From NCBI GenBank assembly GCA_964016885.1, contig OZ024742.1, positions 212,040,001 to 212,104,000 of the forward strand: 64,000 nucleotides of DNA, in the 5' to 3' direction. The notes under the pieces were generated by a model. It searched no databases, was not told the origin of the DNA, and was given only the letters and a program-made list of their open reading frames with translations. Source of the stretch: Eledone cirrhosa (taxonomy: Eukaryota). This document shows positions 40,216 through 54,430 of the stretch, piece by piece (position 1 is the first letter of the stretch; each line of letters opens with the position of its first letter). Position numbers and translations under genes: made by a program.

Positions 40216-41166
40216 CAAGTATATATACAAGTACCACCAATCTCTGGGAGGGCCCTGTAGAAACAGTAGACAGCTTCTGCTACCTAGGTGACCGAATTAG
40301 CAACGGAGGTGGATGCTCAGAAAGTACAATAACTAGGGTAAGAACGGGATGGAAGAAGTTTAGGGAACTACTACCACTGCTAGCTGCAAAAGGCTTCTCC
40401 CTCAGAATGAAAGGCAGACTGTATGATGCGTGTATCCGAACAGCGATGTTGCATGGTAGTGAGACCTGGGCGCTGAAGGTGGAAGACTTACGTAGATTAG
40501 AGAGAAACGAAGCCTGCATGCTCCGATGGATGTGTAACAGTAATATACGTGAACGACAAAGCATAAAGGAATTGAGAGAGAGACTGAGCATAAGAGGAAT
40601 CAAATGCTGCGTGCAGGAGAGGCGGTTACGCTGGTATGGACATGTGATGCGTATGAAGGATGACAGCTGCATAAAAAGGTGCAGAGCACTAGAAGTTGAT
40701 GGAAACCGCGGAGTGGGGAGACCCAAGATGACTTGGGATGAGGTGATAAAAGCCGACCTTACCCAACTACACCTCTCAAAGTCAATGACACACGACCGTG
40801 ACTTCTGGCGTCACGCAGTAATACAGGGTACCCGACCTCCCATGGGTACATGCTGAAGCATATAAACAATATGCCCCCCCCCCCCCCCACCGCAAGGTGG
40901 CCGTGGAGGTGCCACGGCAAAAAAGCACCCAGCCCACACTGTAAAGTGGACGTGTAGGCGCCACGAAAAAGCACCCAGCACTCACTGTAAATGAGGTTGG
41001 TGTTAGGAAGGGCATCCAGCTGTAGAAATCAAGCCAGATCAGTTCCTGTATGAGCAAGGCATGGTCAGCCGACCAGACACTGCCCACAACAGGACAACCC
41101 GTCTAACCCATGCTAGCGTGGAAGAACGGACGTAAAACGGTGATGATGATGATGATGATGATGATA
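40215..41166 (+). mobile_element. 5'-truncated RTE LINE of a second subfamily
   Basis: [20 protein letters not shown]...[11 protein letters not shown], open to 40856; diverged from the other copies; (GAT)n tail. Confidence 0.92.
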
Positions 41167-41287
41167 TATACATATATATATACATATATATATACATATA
41201 TATATACATATATATATATACATATATATATACATATACATATACATATATATATACATATATATATACATATATATATATATACAT

Positions 41288-42994
41288 GGCAAAAGTACCA
41301 CAGACGCTCTTTTCATAGTACGACAACTACAAGAGAAGTACCTAGCTAAAGGTAAACCCCTCTACTTAGCTTTTGTCGACTTGGAGAAAGCCTTCGACAG
41401 AGTCCCCCGCTCCATTATCTGGTGGGCTCTTAGAAAACTAGGCGTTGACGAATGGCTTGTGAGGGCTATACAAGCCATGTATAAAGAAACAGTCAGCAAG
41501 GTTAGAATTAACAACGAATATAGTGAAGAGTTTAGCGTAAAAGTCGGCGTCCATCAGGGCTCTGTTCTCAGTCCACTACTATTTATTATTGCCCTTCAGG
41601 CCATAACAGAGGAGTTCAAGACAGGCTGCCCATGGGAACTCCTATACGCAGACGACCTGACACTCATAGCGGAATCAATGGCCGAGCTAGAGAAGAAATT
41701 CCAAACATGGAAGCACGGCCTAGAGTCAAAAGGACTTAAAATTAACCTGGCTAAGACCAAAGTACTAGTTTGTAGGAAAGAAAACAAGGCGGCGGTCCCT
41801 TCTGGGAAATGGTCGTGCTCGGTGTGTAGGAAAGGCGTAGGTAGAAACTCCATTTTATGTCCTAAATGCAAAGTATGGGTGCATAAAAGATGTAGTGGGA
41901 TCACAGGTAGGCTAACTAAGAACATAGATTTTACATGTGGCCGGTGCTCTGGTGCAATAAGTAGCAGCAAGTGCCCACAAACTACTAGCTCTTTCAATTG
42001 CGCAGAGGGTTCTATAGAAATAGTGGACAGCTTCCGTTACCTGGGCGATAAAATCAGCAGTGGGGGAGGGTGCTCTGAAAGTACTGTAGCTAGAGTCAGA
42101 ACTGGTTGGAAAAAGTTCAGAGAGCTTATACCACTATTAGCTGCTAAAGGGTTCTCACTAAAAATGAAAGGCAGGTTGTACGATGCCTGCATACGAACAG
42201 CAATGCTGCATGGCAGTGAGACCTGGGCATTGTGTGCAGAGGATATACGCAGACTAGAGAGGAACGAAGCTTGCATGCTCCGCTGGATGTGTAACAGTAA
42301 TATACGTGAACGGCAAAGCATAAACGAACTAAGGAATAAATTAGAGATAAGAGGGATCAGATGTTGTTTACTCGAGAGAAGGCTACGTTGGTATGGACAC
42401 GTGATGCGCATGAAAGTCGATAGCTGTATAACAAAGTGCAGGGCAATAAAGATAGACGGTAGTCACGGAATAGGCAGACCTAGAAAAACCTGGGACGAGC
42501 TGATAAACTCCGACATCACACACTTACACCTCTCCAAGACAATGTCACTGGACCGAGACCTTTGGCGGTACTCAGTAACAGAGAAGACCCGCCTTACCTA
42601 AATATATAGTAAAACCTACTCCAGCCAGTAGGCATCTCTAACAAAATACACCCCGTCCCACCACCCCCACCCGATCCACACCACCCCGTTCTATGTAAAG
42701 TTATGTTGGTGCCGCGCCATCGAGGCCGAAACAAATGAGATCGTGTAGGTGTCACGACAAAAAAACACACAGTCCACGCTGTAATGTGGCCGTGTAGGCA
42801 ACACGGTAAAAACCTCCCAGACCCACACTGTAAATGTGGTTGGTGTTAGGAAGGGCATCCAACTGTAGAAAACCTGCCAGACAGTCCTATGCGAGCAAGA
42901 CAATCACTCTTGCCTCAAGTGGGACTACCCCCGTCCAAACCCATGCAAGCGTGGAACACGGACGTTAAACGTTGATGATGATGATGATGATGAT
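41288..42994 (+). mobile_element. 5'-truncated young RTE LINE
   Basis: Nearly identical to 47237-48946; open frame to 42601; TA-flanked; (GAT)n tail. Confidence 0.97.
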
Positions 42995-44320
<1,326 letters not shown>

Positions 44321-44664
44321 TCATCATCATCATCATTTCATTTTACGTCCACTTTTCCCTGCTTTCAAGGGTGGGACGGGAACTGATTCTGGCTTGATTT
44401 CTACAGCTGGATGCCCTTCCTAACACCAACCTCATTTACAGTGAGTGCTGGGTGCTTTTTTGCCGTGGCACCCCCATGACCACTTTGCAGTCAAATGATA
44501 GGGACCCCAGTCCCTATCATCTCATTTCTACAGCTGAGTAAACTGGAGCAATGTGAAATAAAGTGTCTTGCTCAAGGAAACAACACATCACCCAGTCTGA
44601 GAATTGAACTCACAACCTTTCAATTGCAAGGCCAATGCTCTAACCACTAAGCCATGTGCCTCCA
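44321..44664 (-). mobile_element. Complete tRNA-derived CORE-type SINE with RTE-derived tail
   Basis: TGGCTTAGTGG A-box, GAGTTCAATTC B-box and CCTTGAGCAAGACACTT core. The tail matches the 3' UTR of the RTE at 40215-41166 and ends in (GAT)n. Confidence 0.88.
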
Positions 44665-44786
44665 TGTATATATATATGTATATATATGTATATATGTATA
44701 TAAATGTATATATATGTATTTCCTTCTTCCTTCTTCGAAGGCACGGGGCGGTCAAACGCCTAACACACACAGCCATCATGTGGCCA

Positions 44787-44850
<64 letters not shown>

Positions 44851-45135
44851 GATAGGAATTCACTTCGCCAAATTTCATTGCTTGCTGTCTACCCACGATA
44901 TTCATGTAAACGTAATGTACGGATTTCATTTCTCTCCCTCCACAAATCTTAATTCTAGCGTATTTTCAAAACAATCCATATTTCGTATCAAGTCCAAATA
45001 GCCAATCTATCGCTAAAACAAACTACATTTTCTGTTTCTATTAATTGTTAAATACGAAAGTTTTTGGGCGTATTTAACAGAACAAATTTTGTATTTTTGT
45101 TAATCGCTTGTTAAATGCAAGGACCCCATTCAATC

Positions 45136-48100
45136 ATTACCTTCTTGCTAGCTACCCAACACCCCTCCCTCCCACCCCCACGCACCACCATTGCTATTAC
45201 GTGGACCAATCATAAAACAGAGCCCCCACGCATCACCAGTATTATTACGCGGACCAATCAGAAACCAGAGGCCTATACTATCGCTTGCCTGGTTGCCTTT
45301 CGATATATGATGGATGGATGGACTGCGGAATCCTGGAGAGTGGAGGTGAGAGAGAGAAAAATCTGGACGCTCAGCGACAATGCCAAAGATAAAGACAAAT
45401 TCACCTCTTGGACGAGAATGCGAGCACTCCTCATTGTTTCGACCGCGGATGGCTAACATAACCCCATCGCCCCCCGCCCCCCACCGCCCCCAACCCCCAA
45501 ACGCAATCCAAAACTTCAGAGTTGGTACCATAAATGTAGGCACCCTAAAGGGTCGCGCTAACGAGGTTGTAGAAATGCTTGAACGTAAGGAGGTCGATGT
45601 TTGTTGTATTCAAGAGACCAGGTGGAGGGGTGGGTCTGCTAGGTTCATTGAGGGTAAAAAACGATGTTATAAGCTTTTCTGGGTGGGAAACGACGATGGG
45701 CTGGGTGGAGTAGGAATCATGGTAGCAGAAAAGTGGGCAGATAAGATAATAGACGTAAATAGAGTGAACGACAGAATAATTAAAATACGACTTGTCCTCA
45801 ATAGAACTACGGTGACAGTAATATCTGCGTACGCACCCCAATCCGGACTGCCCGGCACTATAAAAGACAGATTCTATGAGACACTGATGCTAACTACCTC
45901 CCAAATATCCGACAGTGACTATGTAATTATCGCAGGCGACCTAAATGGTCACGTTGGACAACATTGTGACGGCTACGACGAAATCCATGGAGGCTATGGG
46001 TTTGGTACTAGAAATGAGGAAGGCTCCAGAATCCTGGAATTCTGTGATGCAAATAACCTAACTATCTGTAACACTAACTTCAAAAAACGTGACAATCACT
46101 TGATCACCTATAGATCCGGGGAACAAACAAGCCAGGTAGATTATATCCTTACCAGAAGACGTGACAGAGTGTCTGTTGTAAACACTAAATCCCTCCCCCA
46201 TGAAGAATGCACCTCCCAACATAGACTGATAATTAGCGACCTCATAGTCAGGACGAGACGTACTCGACAACAGAAGAGGACTATCCTCAGGAGGAAAATA
46301 TGGAAGCTAAAGGACCCCACAGCCAGGAATAAATTTCAAAGCATATTACTTGATGCTTTCGACAGTAAGGAAGAACATTTAGAGTCGGACAATATAGAGG
46401 GAGAGTGGGAATTTCTGAAAGCAAACCTGCTGTTGGCGACAGACGAAGTCTGTGGCTGGAGCAGGCCTGTAGGCAGGAGGAGAGTAACATGGTGGTGGAA
46501 CAGTAAGGTGGAGGGGTCAATTAAGGCCAAAAAGCAGGCTTGGAAAGTATGGCGGGATGGGGGAAGTAGAGAGGACTATCAAGTGGCCAGGAGGGAAGCT
46601 AGGAGACAAGTGTACTTAGCAAGAAGGGAAGCTGAGGAAAGAAAGTTCAAGCATGTTCTACAACGCGATGACCAAAAACGTGAGGTGTTCAGGATTGCTA
46701 GGCAATGCGTCAAGGAAAACCGTGATATTGTCGGGGAGAAGTGTGTACTAAACGACGATGGCACACTTGCCATCACCGACGCTGATAAGAAGGTAGCTTG
46801 GAAGTGTCACTATGAAAGGCTACTAAATGAGGAGAATAATTGGGAGAAAGGCAGTCTCCCCCATATCGACCCGATAGAGGGACCAGCAGTGTTAGTCGAG
46901 GGGAGTATAATAAGTAAGGCAATCAAGGATATGAAGACGGGTAAGGCGGCTGGGCCCTCGGAAATAGTTGCTGAGATGCTGAAGGCATCTGGCACGGTGG
47001 GACACACCATGGTCACCCGCATAGTTAACCAAGTCGTACAGAATGGGGTTGTTCCGAAGGACTGGCATAGCAGCATCATCGTTAACTGTTATAAGGGTAA
47101 AGGAGACGCCCTAGATAGGAGTAACTATAGAGGCATTAAATTAATCGACCAGGTCATGAAGGTCACGGAAAAAGTAATAGCGCAACTAATCAGAGAGAGA
47201 ATTGACCTAGATGAAATGCAGTTCGGGTTTGTGTCAGGCAAAAGTACCACAGACGCTCTTTTCATAGTACGACAACTACAGGAGAAGTACCTAGCTAAAG
47301 GTAAACCCCTCTACTTAGCTTTTGTCGACTTGGAGAAAGCCTTCGACAGAGTCCCCCGCTCCATTATCTGGTGGGCTCTTAGAAAACTAGGCGTTGACGA
47401 ATGGCTTGTGAGGGCTATACAAGCCATGTATAAAGAAACAGTCAGCAAGGTTAGAATTAACAACGAATATAGTGAAGAGTTTAGCGTAAAAGTTGGCGTC
47501 CATCAGGGCTCTGTTCTCAGCCCACTACTATTTATTATTGCCCTTCAGGCTATAACAGAGGAGTTCAAGACAGGCTGCCCATGGGAACTCCTATACGCAG
47601 ACGACCTGACACTCATAGCGGAATCAATGGCCGAGCTAGAGAAGAAATTCCAAACATGGAAGCACGGCCTAGAGTCAAAAGGACTTAAAATTAACCTGGC
47701 TAAGACCAAAGTACTAGTTTGTAGGAAAGAAAACAAGGCGGCGGTCCCTTCTGGGAAATGGTCGTGCTCGGTGTGTAGGAAAGGCGTAGATAGAAACTCC
47801 ATTTTATGTCCTAAATGCAAAGTATGGGTGCATAAAAGATGTAGTGGGATCACAGGTAAGCTAACTAAGAACATAGATTTTACATGTGGCCGGTGCTCTG
47901 GTGCAATAAGTAGCAGCAAGTGCCCACAAAATACTAGCTCTTTCAATTGCGCAGAGGGTTCTATAGAAATAGTGGACAGCTTCCCTTACCTGGGCGATAA
48001 AATCAGCAGTGGGGGAGGGTGCTCTGAAAGTACTGTAGCTAGAGTCAGAACTGGTTGGAAAAAGTTCAGAGAGCTTATACCACTATTAGCTGCTAAAGGG

Positions 48101-48946
48101 TTCTCACTAAAAATGAAAGGCAGGTTGTACGATGCCTGCATACGAACAGCAATGCTGCATGGCAGTGAGACCTGGGCATTGTGTGCAGAGGATATACGCA
48201 GACTAGAGAGGAACGAAGCTTGCATGCTCCGCTGGATGTGTAACAGTAATATACGTGAACGGCAAAGCATAAACGAACTAAGGAATAAATTAGAGATAAG
48301 AGGGATCAGATGTTGTTTACTCGAGAGAAGGCTACGTTGGTATGGACACGTGATGCGCATGAAAGTCGATAGCTGTATAACAAAGTGCAGGGCAATAAAG
48401 ATAGACGGTAGTCACGGAATAGGCAGACCTAGAAAAACCTGGGACGAGCTGATAAACTCCGACATCACACACTTACACCTCTCCAAGACAATGTCACTGG
48501 ACCGAGACCTTTGGCGGTACTCAGTAACAGAGAAGACCCGCCTTACCTAAATATATAGTAAAACCTACTCCAGCCAGTAGGCATCTCTAACAAAATACAC
48601 CCCGTCCCACCACCCCCACCCGATCCACACCACCCCGTTCTATGTAAAGTTATGTTGGTGCCGCGCCATCGAGGCCGAAACAAATGAGATCGTGTAGGTG
48701 TCACGACAAAAAAACACACAGTCCACGCTGTAATGTGGCCGTGTAGGCAACACGGTAAAAACCTCCCAGACCCACACTGTAAATGTGGTTGGTGTTAGGA
48801 AGGGCATCCAACTGTAGAAAACCTGCCAGACAGTCCTATGCGAGCAAGACAATCACTCTTGCCTCAAGTGGGACTACCCCCGTCCAAACCCATGCAAGCG
48901 TGGAACACGGACGTTAAACGTTGATGATGATGATGATGATGATGAT
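45136..48946 (+). mobile_element. Full-length RTE-clade LINE (5' end may extend to about 44851)
   Basis: 5' UTR homologous to the 23583-27176 copy, single intact ORF, repetitive 3' UTR and (GAT)n tail. Confidence 0.95.
45380..48550 (+). CDS. RTE LINE protein, 1056 aa: APE endonuclease + reverse transcriptase with embedded PHD finger
   Basis: [66 protein letters not shown], CxxC..CxxCxxxxHxxC..CxxC, RLRWYGHV and GRPRKTW motifs. Confidence 0.96.
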   Translation: MPKIKTNSPLGRECEHSSLFRPRMANITPSPPAPHRPQPPNAIQNFRVGTINVGTLKGRANEVVEMLERKEVDVCCIQETRWRGGSARFIEGKKRCYKLFWVGNDDGLGGVGIMVAEKWADKIIDVNRVNDRIIKIRLVLNRTTVTVISAYAPQSGLPGTIKDRFYETLMLTTSQISDSDYVIIAGDLNGHVGQHCDGYDEIHGGYGFGTRNEEGSRILEFCDANNLTICNTNFKKRDNHLITYRSGEQTSQVDYILTRRRDRVSVVNTKSLPHEECTSQHRLIISDLIVRTRRTRQQKRTILRRKIWKLKDPTARNKFQSILLDAFDSKEEHLESDNIEGEWEFLKANLLLATDEVCGWSRPVGRRRVTWWWNSKVEGSIKAKKQAWKVWRDGGSREDYQVARREARRQVYLARREAEERKFKHVLQRDDQKREVFRIARQCVKENRDIVGEKCVLNDDGTLAITDADKKVAWKCHYERLLNEENNWEKGSLPHIDPIEGPAVLVEGSIISKAIKDMKTGKAAGPSEIVAEMLKASGTVGHTMVTRIVNQVVQNGVVPKDWHSSIIVNCYKGKGDALDRSNYRGIKLIDQVMKVTEKVIAQLIRERIDLDEMQFGFVSGKSTTDALFIVRQLQEKYLAKGKPLYLAFVDLEKAFDRVPRSIIWWALRKLGVDEWLVRAIQAMYKETVSKVRINNEYSEEFSVKVGVHQGSVLSPLLFIIALQAITEEFKTGCPWELLYADDLTLIAESMAELEKKFQTWKHGLESKGLKINLAKTKVLVCRKENKAAVPSGKWSCSVCRKGVDRNSILCPKCKVWVHKRCSGITGKLTKNIDFTCGRCSGAISSSKCPQNTSSFNCAEGSIEIVDSFPYLGDKISSGGGCSESTVARVRTGWKKFRELIPLLAAKGFSLKMKGRLYDACIRTAMLHGSETWALCAEDIRRLERNEACMLRWMCNSNIRERQSINELRNKLEIRGIRCCLLERRLRWYGHVMRMKVDSCITKCRAIKIDGSHGIGRPRKTWDELINSDITHLHLSKTMSLDRDLWRYSVTEKTRLT

Positions 48947-49474
48947 ATGTATATATATATATATATATGTATATATATGTATATATATGTATATATATGT
49001 ATATATATATACATATATATATATATTTACATATATATACATATATATATATATATACATATATATACATATATATATATATATACATATATATACATAT
49101 ATACATATATATACATATACATATATATACATATATACATATATATACATATATATACATATATACATATATATACATATATATACATATACATACATAT
49201 ATATACATATATACATATATATACATATATATACATATACATACATATATATACATATACATATATATACATATATACATATATATACATACATATATAT
49301 ACATATATATACATATATATACATATATATACATATATATACATATATACATATATATACATATATACATATATATACATATATATATATATATACATAT
49401 ATATACATATATATATATATACATACATATATATATATATATACATACATATATATATATACATATATATATAC

Positions 49475-49550
<76 letters not shown>

Positions 49551-49552
<2 letters not shown>

Positions 49553-50074
49553 GCATATAATGCATATAAATGTAAGAAAACCATAAGTATACCACCAGTA
49601 CATCAAATTAACAATAATATCTCCTCAAATACAGAATTAACGAAAGGATGTAACTGTAGAAACAAAACAAACTGCCCATTAAAAGGGAATTGTCTTGTTA
49701 ACAACATAGTCTATAAATGTAATGTTAAAACTAAAGATTCTATTTGCTCATATATAGGAGCTACCTCTAACAATTTTAAGACAAGGTATAATACCCACAA
49801 ACATAGCTTTAAAAATGCCGCACTGGCTAATACAACATCTCTAGCAGAAAAAATCAATAGTTATAAAAATAAAAATATAAAATATGATTTGACCTGGAGT
49901 GTGCTCAAAAGAGCCACCCCTTATCAAAATAATAGAAAGGAATGTAGATTATGTTCCCAAGAACTATTTGAAATAATGAAGTCTAGGGATATCTTATTAA
50001 ATAAAAGACAGGAATTAATTATATCGTGTAATCATAAACTAAAAAAAACATTTAAATATTATAAACCTAATTAA
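49551..50074 (+). pseudogene. GIY-YIG endonuclease C-terminal fragment of a Penelope-like element
   Basis: [18 protein letters not shown]...[19 protein letters not shown] and [14 protein letters not shown]. The apparent N-terminus of the called ORF is microsatellite. Confidence 0.88.
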
Positions 50075-51861
50075 TAACATTATTCTAGAATTTAATTTAA
50101 TTTAAATGTTAGTTAACCTATAAATTTAATTTAATTAATATTTTATTACAGATGAGAAAATATTATGTAATCATAAATTTTGAAAAACCTTTAAATATTA
50201 CTAATATATACTCAGTAATTTAATTTATAGATTAATTTTAATTTATTTTAACCTTTTATTATAATTTTTTTTATTATAATTCTTTTACAGATAAAATATA
50301 ACAAAATAATATCATGTATCCTATGACGGAGAAAGAATTTTTAGTATTATAGACCTAATTAATATACATTTTGGAAATATATTTATTATTTGGTTTTAGT
50401 TTTAATCAACCTAAAACTTTAATTTTAATTTGCTTAAAATTAGTATCCTTGTACAGACGAATTGCAGAATGTCATGTAATCATAGAATGGGATGTGTTTT
50501 GGATATATACCTAGTTAATATATTCTGTGCAATTTTTTGAAAAAGATATGTATATCTATATGTATATGTATATGTGTGTATTGTATGTGTATCTGTATGT
50601 ATATTTATGTGACTATATATGTATATATGTGTATATATATGTATATATATATATATATGTGTGTATATGTATATATATGTGTATGTGTATGTATATGTAT
50701 ATGTATGCGTATTAATTTTGATTTTTATTTGCATATAATTATATTATGCTATTGATGAAATACAATATCTGCTTTATGTATTGTATACCTAATTAACATA
50801 TACTAATTAACGTATACTATTGAAATAAATATATAATTTTTAATTTAGTTAACATATAATTTATATGCTACTACCGATGTAATACTTTATTTTATTTTTA
50901 TTTGGTTCTCTTTTCCCTATTACTAAATTCATCTCCTAATATTGATACCATAACGTTATTAACTTTAATTTAGTTATAATGTAATTAATAATCTACTACT
51001 GTTTGACTTCATAATTCTGCTTCAAATATTATAAACCTAACTAATTTACACCTTGTAAATCAATATGTTGACTATCTTTGGTTTAGTTAACATATGATTA
51101 ATGGTATACTTTTTTGTTTTGGGATGCATAGATTTCGTATTTCCTAGCACTGAAAATATGTAAGAACATACATTGAATTAAGATACGGAAAATATTATAT
51201 GTTTCTTGAAACATATATTTACTTTGATCCCCTTCTCCAAACCCCCCCTTTCCCCCATACTATTATCATCTGTTTTTGTAAGCGTATATGTATGAATATA
51301 TGTGTAGGTGGGTGTCTATATAGGTTTTGGTATTTATTTCTAAATATAAAAATACATATATGAGCATGTAAATATGAATGTAATATTGAGTGTGTATATA
51401 TGATTGTACATACATATGTATGTATATATATGTATATATATGTATTATATATGTATGTGTATGTGAATGTGTGGTATGTATATGTGTATGTATATGTATA
51501 TATGTGTATGTATGTGTATGCTTGTATATAGGAATATATATATGTGTATATATGTATGTATATGTATATGCGTGTTTGTATGTATGTGTATATGGGTTCT
51601 GTATATATTTGTATGTCTCTCTATTTATATGTTTATCTTCGTATCTATGTGATATATGTGTGTGTGTGTGCACGTATGCATATGTATGTGTTTGTGTGTG
51701 TTTGTATGTGTGTGTGTATATATATATATGTATTTGCGCACACTCACATACACATATATATATATATATATGTGAGTGTGTATGTGTGTCTGTGTGTGTG
51801 TGTGTGTGTGTATGTGTATATATATATGTATATATATATATATATGTATGTGTATATATAT

Positions 51862-51897
<36 letters not shown>

Positions 51898-52020
51898 ATA
51901 TAGGTGTCTATGTGTGAATATATGTCTTTATTCGTATGTGTGTATTTATGTATGTATATATTTAGGTGTATGTATGTATGTGTATGTATGTATGTGTATA
52001 TATATATATATATGTATATA

Positions 52021-52065
<45 letters not shown>

Positions 52066-52421
52066 CTTTATTATTATTGTAATATAACTTATGTGTATAT
52101 GTGTATAAGTGAGGTTGTGTATGTATATATACTGTGTGTATATATAAGAGTAATGAAATATATATATATATATATGTATATGTGCATGTCTGTTTTTTAT
52201 GTGTGTGTATATATATATATATGTATGTGTATATATGTGTATATATATATATATATGTGTGTACGTGTGTGTATGTGGATATATGTATATATATATATAT
52301 ATATACATGTGGGTGTTTGTATGTGTATTTATGGTGGTATGAGTGTGGGGATATATATGTTTGTATATATATATGTATATGTATGTATATATATATATAT
52401 GAGTCTATGTGTGTGTGTATA

Positions 52422-52460
<39 letters not shown>

Positions 52461-53230
52461 ATGTGTGTATGTGTTGCGCGTGAGTGTGTGTGTATTTATA
52501 TCTTTTTATATGTGTATGTATATGTTCGTGTAAATGTATGTGTGTGTATGACAGTATAGGTATGTGTGTATGTATGTATGTGTAGATATCTCTATGTGCG
52601 CGTACATGTATGTAAGTGTATGTATATCTGTATGTGTATGTACATTATAATATATTTATTATATTTTATTGTTTTTATTTTTTTATTTTTCTTAATTTAT
52701 AGATACATTTATATTAGGCTGTCTGGTCTGACAATCCAATACTGACCCCTCCCCCCCCCCCTCCCACCTAATTTCTGTATCTTGATCTTGAAATGTGTGT
52801 ACCAGTGTTTTTATGTGAGTGACTTAATTTCTATTTGCTTATGATTTTATATCCACATATATAAATGTGAGTGGGGGAGTGTGTGTGTTTGTATGTTCGT
52901 GGTTATGTGTATATTTATGCATATACGCACATGTATGTGTGATTATACTGATATGTGTGAGTATGAAAAAAATATATTTATATGCTTGACTCCATAAGTA
53001 TCATTGCGTATCTTATCAGCGCATTAAGCTTACAGAGATATTAACCTTGAAATTTTGTGTTTGCATCCATCTTTTTAGTATGCACATACAAATTATACAC
53101 ACATTATTGTAAAATATGTGTAAGGTTTTTACATGTATATACACACACCAAACTGCTTTTAACCCTTTGTGTTTTCATTGGTCAATTTTGAACTGATATT
53201 TTGAATTGTTGTTATTATCAATAAATATAC

Positions 53231-53385
53231 TTCATTATTTCTGAAGACGGCGTATATATGAGTTAGGTATGTATATTTAATCTTGATAATTTGTATAATT
53301 TTGTATAATTTTGTACATAGATCTGTTAAATATGCATACCAATTATAACACATATATACCCTAGAAACGATCGTTAAATAGTGAA
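53231..53385 (+). ncRNA. Type I hammerhead ribozyme with about 115-nt stem II domain
   Basis: 10-bp stem I UUCAUUAUUU/AAAUAGUGAA, CUGAAGA, long paired stem II (GGUAUGUAUAUUUAA/UUAAAUAUGCAUACC) and GAAAC GAUC GUU. Confidence 0.75.
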
Positions 53386-53511
53386 CTTTTTTTGTTTAAT
53401 ATAAGGAATTGTTTGTTCATTATTTGTTTAATATTTTATATACATATATATATATATATACATATATACATATATATATATACATATATATATATACATA
53501 TATATATATAC

Positions 53512-53598
<87 letters not shown>

Positions 53599-54030
53599 GT
53601 GGCTGCCAACTCGTTTTCGAGTACGGCCACTACTTTATATCCATGTAGGAGAACTCCTACCGATGCGCTGAACGAGTGTGACATTTTAGTCCAGCTAGCT
53701 ACTTGAAAACTCTGGTACAAACACTACACCTGTGACAATTATTGACACATAGTGCTGGGCCCATGGTTCCATGTGACGACAAGTGCAGAGAGATCTCCAG
53801 ATATAAAGCAATGCCTGTGCCGTGAAGCTTTTATAGTGAGCAAAGGCACTGCACAAAGCCAGTCCCACTCTCTTAACCAAGATGATATTTACCAAAAAGA
53901 AGAACAAGTCAACATCATTGGATACCATCAGGGTTGCAGGTGTTATATCAGAGTTTTCCTTCTCCTAGAATTCTGCCTTTACAAAGGCTAAGGGGTCATC
54001 TCTCCCGGTGATTTTGGATGGCCATTGACA

Positions 54031-54068
<38 letters not shown>

Positions 54069-54081
54069 CATATATATATAC

Positions 54082-54206
<125 letters not shown>

Positions 54207-54217
54207 TATACATATAC

Positions 54218-54250
<33 letters not shown>

Positions 54251-54261
54251 CATATATATAC

Positions 54262-54314
<53 letters not shown>

Positions 54315-54335
54315 CATATATATATACATATATAT

Positions 54336-54366
<31 letters not shown>

Positions 54367-54430
54367 CATATATATACATATATATATATACATACATATA
54401 TATATATATACATATATATACATATATATA

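Larger units (their letters stand above)
49551..53420 (+). mobile_element. 5'-truncated Penelope-like element (Naiad-like GIY-YIG) with long low-complexity 3' region ending in a hammerhead
   Basis: GIY-YIG frame open to 50074, AT/TG-rich tail, hammerhead at 53231-53385, TA arrays on both sides. That these form a single element is inferred. Confidence 0.7.

Noticed and set aside
44590-44664. tRNA-like sequences (also at 35510, 5915 and 30380)
   Set aside because: They are SINE heads that continue into core and tail; I could not fold a full cloverleaf.
44851-45380. HDV-like ribozyme at the RTE 5' end
   Set aside because: Expected in some RTEs, but I could not assign the nested pseudoknot pairings; a descriptor search is needed.
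50074-50500. SECIS element or selenoprotein coding, as reported for some Naiad elements
   Set aside because: There is no in-frame TGA in the visible GIY-YIG fragment, and I found no convincing SECIS fold by eye.
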